From Escherichia coli (GTDB lineage: Bacteria > Pseudomonadota > Gammaproteobacteria > Enterobacterales > Enterobacteriaceae): a stretch of 32,000 bases of DNA. A program made the position numbers and the translations under genes. The stretch lies in assembly GCF_030036925.1 (NCBI RefSeq), contig NZ_CP124483.1, one strand, 5' to 3'. The notes under the pieces are model-generated. The model searched no databases. It was not told the origin of the DNA and saw nothing but the letters and a program-made list of their open reading frames with translations. Of the stretch, positions 10,434-18,736 are shown in pieces. The first letter of the stretch is position 1, and each line of letters starts with the position of its first letter.

Positions 10434-12149
10434 ATGAATTCGTTACAAATCTTGAGTTTTGTCGGTTTTACGCTGCTGGTGGCGGTCATCACCTGGTGGA
10501 AGGTCCGTAAAACAGATACCGGATCGCAACAAGGCTATTTTCTTGCCGGACGTTCACTAAAAGCGCCGGTTATTGCCGCTTCGTTAATGCTAACCAACCT
10601 TTCCACGGAACAACTGGTCGGCCTTTCCGGGCAGGCCTACAAAAGCGGCATGTCGGTGATGGGCTGGGAAGTCACCTCTGCAGTGACGCTGATCTTCCTC
10701 GCGCTAATCTTTTTACCGCGCTATCTGAAGCGCGGCATTGCCACCATCCCCGATTTTCTGGAGGAACGTTATGATAAAACGACGCGTATTATCATCGACT
10801 TCTGCTTCCTCATTGCCACCGGCGTCTGCTTTCTGCCGATTGTTCTCTATTCCGGCGCGTTGGCGCTCAACAGCCTGTTTCATGTGGGTGAGTCGCTACA
10901 ACTTTCCGATGGTGCGGCTATCTGGTTACTGGTTATTTTGCTTGGTCTGGCGGGAATTTTGTATGCGGTGATCGGCGGACTGCGCGCAATGGCAGTGGCG
11001 GACTCCATCAATGGTATTGGGCTGGTTATTGGCGGGTTGATGGTGCCGGTATTTGGCCTGATCGCGATGGGCAAGGGCAGCTTTATGCAGGGCATTGAGC
11101 AACTTACCACCGTTCACGCCGAGAAATTAAACTCAGTCGGTGGCCCGACCGATCCCTTGCCGATTGGCGCGGCATTTACCGGTTTGATTCTGGTTAACAC
11201 CTTTTACTGGTGTACCAATCAGGGCATCGTGCAACGCACGCTGGCGTCAAAAAGCCTGGCGGAAGGGCAAAAGGGGGCACTGTTAACGGCGGTGCTGAAA
11301 ATGCTCGACCCGCTGGTACTGGTGCTGCCGGGGTTGATTGCGTTTCATCTGTATCAGGATTTACCGAAAGCCGACATGGCCTACCCGACGCTGGTCAATA
11401 ACGTTCTGCCGGTGCCACTGGTGGGCTTCTTCGGTGCGGTGTTATTTGGTGCGGTGATCAGTACCTTCAACGGCTTTCTGAATAGCGCCAGTACGTTATT
11501 CAGTATGGGTATTTACCGGCGTATCATTAACCAGAATGCCGAGCCGCAACAGCTGGTCACCGTCGGGCGCAAATTTGGTTTCTTTATCGCCATCGTTTCG
11601 GTGATGGTCGCGCCGTGGATCGCCAACGCGCCGCAGGGGCTGTATAGCTGGATGAAACAGCTCAACGGTATTTACAACGTGCCGCTGGTTACCATCATCA
11701 TTATGGGCTTTTTCTTCCCGCGCATTCCGGCGCTGGCGGCAAAAGTGGCGATGGGGATTGGCATAATCAGCTACATCACCATCAACTATCTGGTGAAGTT
11801 CGACTTCCATTTCCTCTATGTGCTGGCCTGTACGTTCTGCATCAACGTGGTCGTGATGCTGGTGATCGGTTTTATCAAACCGCGCGCCACGCCGTTCACC
11901 TTCAAAGATGCGTTTGCGGTGGACATGAAACCGTGGAAAAACGTCAAGACTGCGTCAATTGGTATCCTGTTCGCGATGATTGGCGTCTATGCCGGGCTGG
12001 CTGAATTCGGCGGCTACGGTACGCGCTGGTTAGCGATGATCAGTTATTTCATTGCCGCCGTAGTGATTGTCTACCTGATTTTTGACAGCTGGCGGCATCG
12101 TCACGACCCAGCCGTAACCTTTACTCCCGATGCAAAGGATAGCCTATGA
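10434..12149 (+). CDS. yidK: Putative Na+/solute symporter (SSS family) YidK
   Basis: 571-aa SLC5/SSS-type ORF (GYFLAGRSLKAPVIAASLMLTNLSTEQLVGLSGQAY). Confidence 0.95.
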   Translation: MNSLQILSFVGFTLLVAVITWWKVRKTDTGSQQGYFLAGRSLKAPVIAASLMLTNLSTEQLVGLSGQAYKSGMSVMGWEVTSAVTLIFLALIFLPRYLKRGIATIPDFLEERYDKTTRIIIDFCFLIATGVCFLPIVLYSGALALNSLFHVGESLQLSDGAAIWLLVILLGLAGILYAVIGGLRAMAVADSINGIGLVIGGLMVPVFGLIAMGKGSFMQGIEQLTTVHAEKLNSVGGPTDPLPIGAAFTGLILVNTFYWCTNQGIVQRTLASKSLAEGQKGALLTAVLKMLDPLVLVLPGLIAFHLYQDLPKADMAYPTLVNNVLPVPLVGFFGAVLFGAVISTFNGFLNSASTLFSMGIYRRIINQNAEPQQLVTVGRKFGFFIAIVSVMVAPWIANAPQGLYSWMKQLNGIYNVPLVTIIIMGFFFPRIPALAAKVAMGIGIISYITINYLVKFDFHFLYVLACTFCINVVVMLVIGFIKPRATPFTFKDAFAVDMKPWKNVKTASIGILFAMIGVYAGLAEFGGYGTRWLAMISYFIAAVVIVYLIFDSWRHRHDPAVTFTPDAKDSL

Positions 12150-13639
12150 AACGCCCCAATTTTCTGTTCATCATGACCGATACCCAGGCCACCAATATGG
12201 TCGGTTGCTATAGCGGTAAGCCGCTGAATACGCAAAATATTGATAGTCTGGCGGCGGAAGGTATTCGCTTTAACTCCGCCTACACCTGTTCACCGGTTTG
12301 TACGCCTGCACGCGCCGGACTATTCACCGGTATCTACGCTAACCAGTCCGGCCCGTGGACCAACAACGTCGCGCCAGGCAAAAACATCTCCACTATGGGG
12401 CGCTACTTTAAGGATGCCGGCTATCACACCTGTTACATCGGCAAATGGCATCTCGACGGTCATGACTATTTCGGCACTGGCGAGTGTCCGCCGGAGTGGG
12501 ACGCTGATTACTGGTTCGATGGGGCGAACTATCTTAGTGAACTGACGGAAAAAGAGATTAGCCTGTGGCGCAATGGCCTAAACAGCGTCGAAGATTTACA
12601 GGCGAACCATATTGACGAAACCTTCACCTGGGCGCACCGCATCAGCAATCGGGCGGTGGATTTTCTGCAACAGCCCGCGCGCGCCGACGAACCTTTCCTG
12701 ATGGTGATTTCGTATGATGAGCCGCATCACCCGTTCACCTGTCCGGTGGAGTATTTAGAGAAATACACTGATTTTTACTACGAACTGGGTGAGAAAGCAG
12801 AGGATGACCTGGCGAACAAACCGGAACATCACCGCTTATGGGCGCAGGCGATGCCATCGCCAGTCGGTGATGACGGGCTTTATCACCATCCGCTCTATTT
12901 TGCCTGCAATGACTTTGTTGATGACCAAATCGGACGGGTCATCAACGCCTTAACGCCAGAGCAACGTGAAAATACGTGGGTTATTTATACCTCCGATCAC
13001 GGCGAAATGATGGGCGCACATAAGCTGATCAGTAAAGGAGCGGCGATGTATGACGACATCACCCGCATTCCGCTGATCATCCGTTCGCCGCAAGGGGAGC
13101 GGCGACAGGTCGATACGCCAGTCAGTCATATTGACTTACTGCCGACAATGATGGCGCTGGCAGATATTGAAAAACCAGAGATTCTGCCGGGGGAAAATAT
13201 CCTTGCCGTAAAAGAACCACGTGGCGTGTTGGTGGAATTTAATCGCTACGAGATTGAGCATGACAGCTTTGGCGGTTTTATTCCGGTGCGTTGCTGGGTA
13301 ACGGATGACTTTAAACTGGTGCTCAACCTCTTCACCAGTGATGAACTTTACGATCGCCGTAATGACCCAAATGAAATGCATAACCTGATCGATGATATCC
13401 ATTTTGCCGACGTTCGCAGCAAAATGCATGACGCCTTATTGGATTACATGGACAAAATTCGCGATCCGTTCCGCAGTTATCAATGGAACCTGCGTCCGTG
13501 GCGCAAAGATGCACAACCGCGCTGGATGGGGGCGTTTCGTCCACGCCCACAGGATGGTTATTCTCCAGTGGTACGCGACTATGACACCGGTTTACCGACA
13601 CAAGGGGTGAAGGTGGAAGAGAAAAAACAGAAGTTCTGA
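12146..13639 (+). CDS. yidJ: Putative sulfatase/phosphatase YidJ
   Basis: 497 aa; Cys-type sulfatase signature CSPVCTPARAGLFTG, metal-binding residues and YTSDHGEMMGAH; ATGA overlap with yidK. Confidence 0.95.
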   Translation: MKRPNFLFIMTDTQATNMVGCYSGKPLNTQNIDSLAAEGIRFNSAYTCSPVCTPARAGLFTGIYANQSGPWTNNVAPGKNISTMGRYFKDAGYHTCYIGKWHLDGHDYFGTGECPPEWDADYWFDGANYLSELTEKEISLWRNGLNSVEDLQANHIDETFTWAHRISNRAVDFLQQPARADEPFLMVISYDEPHHPFTCPVEYLEKYTDFYYELGEKAEDDLANKPEHHRLWAQAMPSPVGDDGLYHHPLYFACNDFVDDQIGRVINALTPEQRENTWVIYTSDHGEMMGAHKLISKGAAMYDDITRIPLIIRSPQGERRQVDTPVSHIDLLPTMMALADIEKPEILPGENILAVKEPRGVLVEFNRYEIEHDSFGGFIPVRCWVTDDFKLVLNLFTSDELYDRRNDPNEMHNLIDDIHFADVRSKMHDALLDYMDKIRDPFRSYQWNLRPWRKDAQPRWMGAFRPRPQDGYSPVVRDYDTGLPTQGVKVEEKKQKF

Positions 13640-13698
13640 TGCATTATTGCTGTTCCTGGCCTAATTTTTCGGCGAGGAACAGTTTACAAGGAGCAACA

Positions 13699-14046
13699 AT
13701 GAAAATTTCCCGCCTCGGAGAAGCGCCCGATTACCGCTTCTCGCTGGCTAATGAGCGTACTTTTCTGGCGTGGATCCGTACTGCACTAGGATTTCTGGCG
13801 GCGGGGGTTGGGCTTGATCAACTTGCGCCAGATTTCGCCACGCCCGTCATCCGCGAACTGCTGGCGTTGTTGTTGTGTCTGTTTTCCGGCGGGTTAGCGA
13901 TGTATGGCTACTTGCGCTGGTTACGCAATGAAAAAGCGATGCGCCTGAAAGAGGACCTGCCCTATACCAACAGCTTATTCATCATCAGCTTAATATTGAT
14001 GGTCGTGGCAGTGATCGTCATGGGACTGGTGTTGTATGCCGGATAG
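13699..14046 (+). CDS. yidH: DUF202 inner-membrane protein YidH
   Basis: 115 aa MKISRLGEAPDYRFSLANERTFLAWIRTALGFLAAGVGLDQL, DUF202 pattern; SD aaggag upstream. Confidence 0.93.
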   Translation: MKISRLGEAPDYRFSLANERTFLAWIRTALGFLAAGVGLDQLAPDFATPVIRELLALLLCLFSGGLAMYGYLRWLRNEKAMRLKEDLPYTNSLFIISLILMVVAVIVMGLVLYAG

Positions 14047-14398
14047 CCGCAAAGCCAGACGCATTGCCGACCCAGGGCTGCAGCCGGAACGCACATCACT
14101 GGCGTGGTTTCGTACCATGCTGGGCTACGGCGCGTTGATGGCGTTGGCTATCAAACACAACTGGCACCAGGCGGGCATGTTATTCTGGATTTCGATTGGC
14201 ATCCTCGCCATTGTGGCGCTGATCCTCTGGCACTACACCCGTAATCGCAATTTAATGGATGTCACGAATAGCGATTTTTCCCAATTTCACGTAGTCCGTG
14301 ACAAATTTTTGATCTCCCTCGCGGTGTTATCTCTCGCAATACTGTTTGCTGTAACGCATATACATCAACTTATCGTATTTATTGAGAGAGTCGCATGA
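14036..14398 (+). CDS. yidG: DUF202 inner-membrane protein YidG
   Basis: 120 aa MPDSRKARRIADPGLQPERTSLAWFRTMLGYGALMALAIKHNW; overlaps yidH by 11 bp. Confidence 0.93.
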   Translation: MPDSRKARRIADPGLQPERTSLAWFRTMLGYGALMALAIKHNWHQAGMLFWISIGILAIVALILWHYTRNRNLMDVTNSDFSQFHVVRDKFLISLAVLSLAILFAVTHIHQLIVFIERVA

Positions 14399-14892
14399 CA
14401 GGAAGTCAGGTCATTGATGCTGAAGAGGACAGGCATAAACTGGTTGTAGAGTATAAGGATGCTCTGCAACCTGCCGATTTTTATCACAATTTCAAACAGC
14501 TGGGCATCCGCTCAGTACAGCTTATTCCCCATCTTGAATTTGATGACCGGGGCGATCTGACGGCCGCTTCGGTGACAGCAGAGCTGTGGGGGAAATTTTT
14601 AATTGCCCTGTTCGAGTGTTGGGTGCGGGCAGATATCAGTCGTATTTCGATTGAACTTTTTGACACCACCTTACAAAAATGGTGTGGCAGCGAAAAGTCG
14701 CAACCGCGCCGTGACTGCCAGGCGTGCGACTGGCATCGCCTGTGCCCGCACGCTCGGGAAGATAAACCAGACAACGTGCTTTGTGCGGGCTATCAGGCGT
14801 TTTATTCTTACTCCGCGCCGCATATGCGGGTGATGCGTGATCTGATAAAGCAGCATCGTTCTCCCATGGAGCTGATGACGATGCTGCGGTGA
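14395..14892 (+). CDS. yidF: YidF, resembles the C-terminal (SPASM-like) region of anaerobic sulfatase maturases
   Basis: 165 aa with CQACDWHRLCPHAREDKPDNVLCAGYQAFYSYSAPHMRVM; no radical-SAM CxxxCxxC motif. Confidence 0.88.
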   Translation: MTGSQVIDAEEDRHKLVVEYKDALQPADFYHNFKQLGIRSVQLIPHLEFDDRGDLTAASVTAELWGKFLIALFECWVRADISRISIELFDTTLQKWCGSEKSQPRRDCQACDWHRLCPHAREDKPDNVLCAGYQAFYSYSAPHMRVMRDLIKQHRSPMELMTMLR

Positions 14893-14899
14893 CGTGAGC

Positions 14900-16084
14900 T
14901 TAAACAGGCTGCCCCTGATGCGACATCCGCGTCGCCAGCGGTAGCCAGCACAGCACGATCAACAATCCCATTAAGGTCATCAACAATCCCAGGCTGCCCT
15001 GACCGGTTTGCGGCAACATCGCAGAGAGCGACGCCAGCACGCCGGAACCAATGTTTTGCAGACCGCCGACCAGCGCGCCAGCGGTGCCCGCCAGGAAGGG
15101 GAACGGCTCCATCGCGCCGCTGGTAGCCAGTGGAAACAGCATCCCGGCACCGAAAAAGAACAGCGCGGCGGGAATGAGCAGCGTCCAGACATTCATCACG
15201 CCAAACCAGTCGGGGATCCACATCAGCAAGCCAGCCAGCAGGCAACAGATAACCGACTGCCACATCAACGTTGAGAAGCGTTTATTGGGACGTCCGGCAA
15301 ACCATGCGCCAAAAAATGCCGCCGGAATCGGCAGAATAAACAAAATACTGACCGTCATACTGCTCAGCCCTAACACCGCGCCCATCAGCACGCCGGAGCA
15401 GGCTTCAAAGGCGGCAATTCCGGCCAGACCGCCAATCAGCATCAGCAAATAGCAGTTAAAACCGCTGTTACCGAAAAGCGTTTTATAACTGGTAAGCAGG
15501 CGCGTGCGCGGTGCGTCGACCGGACGCGTTTCCGGCATCCAGCGGGCCATACTGAAAGTCACACCGGCACAAAGAACCAACAAAAAGAGATAACAGGCGC
15601 GCCAGTTCCACATCGTATCCAGCAGACCACCGATTAGCGGTGCGAGCAGCGGACTGACAAGAATCCCCATGTTTAACAGGCTGTTAGCGTGGCGCAACTG
15701 TGTCCGTTCATATAAATCGCGCGGCAAAGTACGCGCCATTACGCCGCCAACGCCGGTGCCCATCCCCTGCATCGCGCTGGCGGCAATCAATACCATCAAA
15801 CTGGAGGTCGAGACCGCGACCAGCGTTGCCAGCATAAAAATGGACATTCCGACGAGGATCACCGGTCGGCGACCCACGCGGTCGGAAATCGGGCCATAAA
15901 ACAGCTGTGAGACACCGTAAGTCAGCAGATAAGCGCCCATTACGCTCTGCACCGCCCCTTCACGGACATTGAGATCGCGCGCCATATCGGCAATAGCTGG
16001 AATATAAATGGTTTGCGCCATCTGACCGACGGCCACGAGTAATACCAACATCAATAACAAATTGACGTTTCTATGCCTTTTCAT
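14900..16084 (-). CDS. emrD: MFS multidrug efflux pump EmrD
   Basis: 394 aa from MKRHRNVNLLLMLVLLVAVGQMAQTIYIPAIADMARDLNV, MFS motif GPISDRVGRRPVIL. Confidence 0.97.
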   Translation of the reverse strand: MKRHRNVNLLLMLVLLVAVGQMAQTIYIPAIADMARDLNVREGAVQSVMGAYLLTYGVSQLFYGPISDRVGRRPVILVGMSIFMLATLVAVSTSSLMVLIAASAMQGMGTGVGGVMARTLPRDLYERTQLRHANSLLNMGILVSPLLAPLIGGLLDTMWNWRACYLFLLVLCAGVTFSMARWMPETRPVDAPRTRLLTSYKTLFGNSGFNCYLLMLIGGLAGIAAFEACSGVLMGAVLGLSSMTVSILFILPIPAAFFGAWFAGRPNKRFSTLMWQSVICCLLAGLLMWIPDWFGVMNVWTLLIPAALFFFGAGMLFPLATSGAMEPFPFLAGTAGALVGGLQNIGSGVLASLSAMLPQTGQGSLGLLMTLMGLLIVLCWLPLATRMSHQGQPV

Positions 16085-16484
16085 TATCACGGATGCTTTT
16101 ATAAAAATAATTAGAATAAGTCACTACGCATTCCCATAAATGCGGGAGAGGAATCTATCACATTGATGAATGTTAGCCAGATATACGCCAGGAATGGGGA
16201 ATTGTTTAGCGGCAGAATATGTAAACAAAAGCGGCAATAAATGTTGCCGGAAACAGTGGTGGTGCGGTTGGTAGAGTAAGGTGTTTACGCTGTATTCGAC
16301 ATGAATAAGGCGCACTCTGTCAACAACCTGACCGTCTTTCAGGTGATGATGCTTTATTGCCTGAGTTTCAGTTCAAAATGTGATCTGCCACGTATTTTTA
16401 TCCGGAAGAAAAATTTTCCATTGTCTCCCCTGTAAAGCTGTGCTTGTATAAATATTGTTAAACACAAAACCAACAAGGTCCCTA

Positions 16485-16583
16485 ATGACTACTTCCATGT
16501 TCAACGCAAAACTACTACCAACTGCGCCATCCGCCGCAGTGGTCGTCGTGCGTGTGGTGGTGGTCGTCGGCAATGCGCCGTAG
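16485..16583 (+). CDS. ivbL: ilvBN operon leader (attenuator) peptide
   Basis: Hand translation: MTTSMFNAKLLPTAPSAAVVVVRVVVVVGNAP* (32 aa, Val-rich) directly before an attenuator hairpin. Not in the ORF track because of its size. Confidence 0.96.
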   Translation: MTTSMFNAKLLPTAPSAAVVVVRVVVVVGNAP

Positions 16584-16606
16584 GGACTGGAACAACACAC
16601 GATTCC

Positions 16607-16640
16607 AAAACCCCGCCGGCGCAAACCGGGCGGGGTTTTT
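16607..16640 (+). terminator. ilvBN attenuator terminator
   Basis: AAAACCCCGCC...GGGCGGGGTTTTT, GC-rich hairpin with U-tract between ivbL and ilvB. Confidence 0.92.
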
Positions 16641-16688
16641 CGTTTAAGCACCTCCCGGAAAGTCGGCCCAGAAGAAAAGGACTGGAGC

Positions 16689-18377
16689 ATGGCAAGTTCG
16701 GGCACAACATCGACGCGTAAGCGCTTTACCGGCGCAGAATTTATCGTTCATTTCCTGGAACAGCAGGGCATTAAGATTGTGACGGGTATTCCGGGCGGTT
16801 CTATCCTGCCTGTTTACGATGCCTTAAGCCAAAGCACGCAAATCCGCCATATTCTGGCTCGCCACGAACAAGGGGCGGGGTTTATCGCCCAGGGAATGGC
16901 GCGCACCGACGGTAAACCGGCGGTCTGTATGGCCTGTAGCGGACCGGGTGCGACTAACCTGGTGACCGCCATTGCCGATGCGAGGCTGGACTCCATCCCG
17001 CTGATTTGCATCACTGGTCAGGTTTCCGCCTCGATGATCGGCACCGACGCCTTCCAGGAAGTCGACACCTACGGCATCTCTATCCCCATCACCAAACACA
17101 ACTATCTGGTCAGACATATCGAAGAACTCCCGCAGGTCATGAGCGATGCCTTCAGCATTGCGCAATCAGGCCGCCCTGGCCCGGTGTGGATAGACATTCC
17201 TAAGGATGTGCAAACGGCAGTTTTTGAGATTGAAACACAGCCCGCTATGGCAGAAAAAGCCGCCGCACCCGCCTTTAGCGAAGAAAGTATTCGTGACGCG
17301 GCGGCGATGATTAACGCCGCCAAACACCCGGTGCTTTATCTGGGTGGTGGTGTGATCAACGCGCCTGCGCGAGTGCGTGAACTGGCGGAGAAAGCGCAAC
17401 TGCCTACCACCATGACTTTAATGGCGCTGGGTATGTTGCCAAAAGCGCATCCGCTGTCGCTGGGTATGCTGGGGATGCACGGTGTGCGCAGCACCAACTA
17501 TATTTTGCAGGAGGCGGATCTGCTGATTGTACTCGGTGCGCGTTTTGATGACCGGGCGATTGGCAAAACAGAGCAGTTCTGTCCGAATGCCAAAATTATT
17601 CATGTCGATATCGACCGCGCAGAGCTGGGCAAAATCAAGCAACCGCATGTGGCAATTCAGGCGGATGTTGATGACGTGCTGGCGCAGTTGATCCCGCTGG
17701 TGGAAGCGCAACCGCGTGCAGAGTGGCACCAGTTGGTGGCGGATTTGCAGCGTGAATTCCCGTGTCCAATCCCGAAAGCGTGCGATCCATTAAGCCATTA
17801 CGGCCTGATCAACGCCGTTGCCGCCTGTGTCGATGACAATGCGATTATCACTACCGACGTGGGTCAGCATCAGATGTGGACCGCGCAAGCCTATCCGCTC
17901 AATCGCCCACGCCAGTGGCTGACCTCCGGCGGGCTGGGCACGATGGGTTTTGGCCTGCCTGCGGCGATTGGCGCGGCGCTGGCGAACCCGGACCGCAAAG
18001 TGTTGTGCTTCTCCGGCGACGGCAGCCTGATGATGAATATTCAGGAGATGGCGACCGCCAGTGAAAATCAGCTGGATGTTAAAATCATTTTGATGAACAA
18101 CGAAGCGCTGGGGCTGGTGCATCAGCAACAGAGTCTGTTCTACAAGCAGGGCGTTTTTGCCGCTACCTATCCGGGCAAAATCAACTTTATGCAGATTGCC
18201 GCCGGATTCGGCCTCGAAACCTGTGATTTGAATAACGAAGCCGATCCGCAGGCTGCATTGCAGGAAATCATCAATCGCCCTGGCCCGGCGCTGATCCATG
18301 TGCGCATTGATGCCGAAGAAAAAGTGTACCCGATGGTGCCGCCAGGTGCGGCGAATACTGAAATGGTGGGGGAATAA
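16689..18377 (+). CDS. ilvB: Acetolactate synthase I large subunit
   Basis: 562 aa ThDP enzyme (MASSGTTSTRKRFTGAEFIVHFLEQQGIKIVTGIPGGSILP... GDGSLMMNIQEMATASENQLDVKIILMNN). Confidence 0.98.
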   Translation: MASSGTTSTRKRFTGAEFIVHFLEQQGIKIVTGIPGGSILPVYDALSQSTQIRHILARHEQGAGFIAQGMARTDGKPAVCMACSGPGATNLVTAIADARLDSIPLICITGQVSASMIGTDAFQEVDTYGISIPITKHNYLVRHIEELPQVMSDAFSIAQSGRPGPVWIDIPKDVQTAVFEIETQPAMAEKAAAPAFSEESIRDAAAMINAAKHPVLYLGGGVINAPARVRELAEKAQLPTTMTLMALGMLPKAHPLSLGMLGMHGVRSTNYILQEADLLIVLGARFDDRAIGKTEQFCPNAKIIHVDIDRAELGKIKQPHVAIQADVDDVLAQLIPLVEAQPRAEWHQLVADLQREFPCPIPKACDPLSHYGLINAVAACVDDNAIITTDVGQHQMWTAQAYPLNRPRQWLTSGGLGTMGFGLPAAIGAALANPDRKVLCFSGDGSLMMNIQEMATASENQLDVKIILMNNEALGLVHQQQSLFYKQGVFAATYPGKINFMQIAAGFGLETCDLNNEADPQAALQEIINRPGPALIHVRIDAEEKVYPMVPPGAANTEMVGE

Positions 18378-18380
18378 GCC

Positions 18381-18671
18381 ATGCAAAACACAACTCATGA
18401 TAACGTGATTCTGGAGCTCACCGTTCGCAATCATCCGGGTGTAATGACCCACGTTTGTGGCCTTTTTGCCCGCCGCGCTTTTAACGTTGAAGGCATTCTC
18501 TGCCTGCCGATTCAGGACAGCGACAAAAGCCACATCTGGCTACTGGTCAATGACGACCAGCGTCTGGAGCAGATGATAAGCCAAATCGACAAGCTGGAAG
18601 ATGTGGTGAAAGTGCAGCGTAATCAGTCCGACCCGACGATGTTTAACAAGATTGCGGTGTTTTTTCAGTAA
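18381..18671 (+). CDS. ilvN: Acetolactate synthase I small (ACT) subunit
   Basis: 96 aa [43 protein letters not shown]. Confidence 0.98.
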
Positions 18672-18680
18672 GTGATTTTC

Positions 18681-18711
18681 TCGCCTGGATGGGATATTTA
18701 CATCCGGGCGA
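18681..18711. terminator. Hairpin at the ilvN 3' end (possible terminator or processing hairpin)
   Basis: TCGCCTGGATG - GGATATTTA - CATCCGGGCGA, 11-bp stem with one G-U; no strong downstream U-tract. Confidence 0.5.
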
Positions 18712-18736
18712 GCTTATATTCTGCAACTCAAATTAT

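Noticed and set aside
16540-16570. GTG/GTC tandem repeat (gtggtcgtcgtgcgtgtggtggtggtcgtcgg)
   Set aside because: Not a microsatellite or CRISPR-like element; it is the valine codon run of the ivbL leader peptide required for attenuation.
16814-18533. Several minus-strand ORFs across ilvB, including 17790-18533 (247 aa)
   Set aside because: Length explained by high-GC codon bias of ilvB; the sequence is entirely antisense to a confident CDS.
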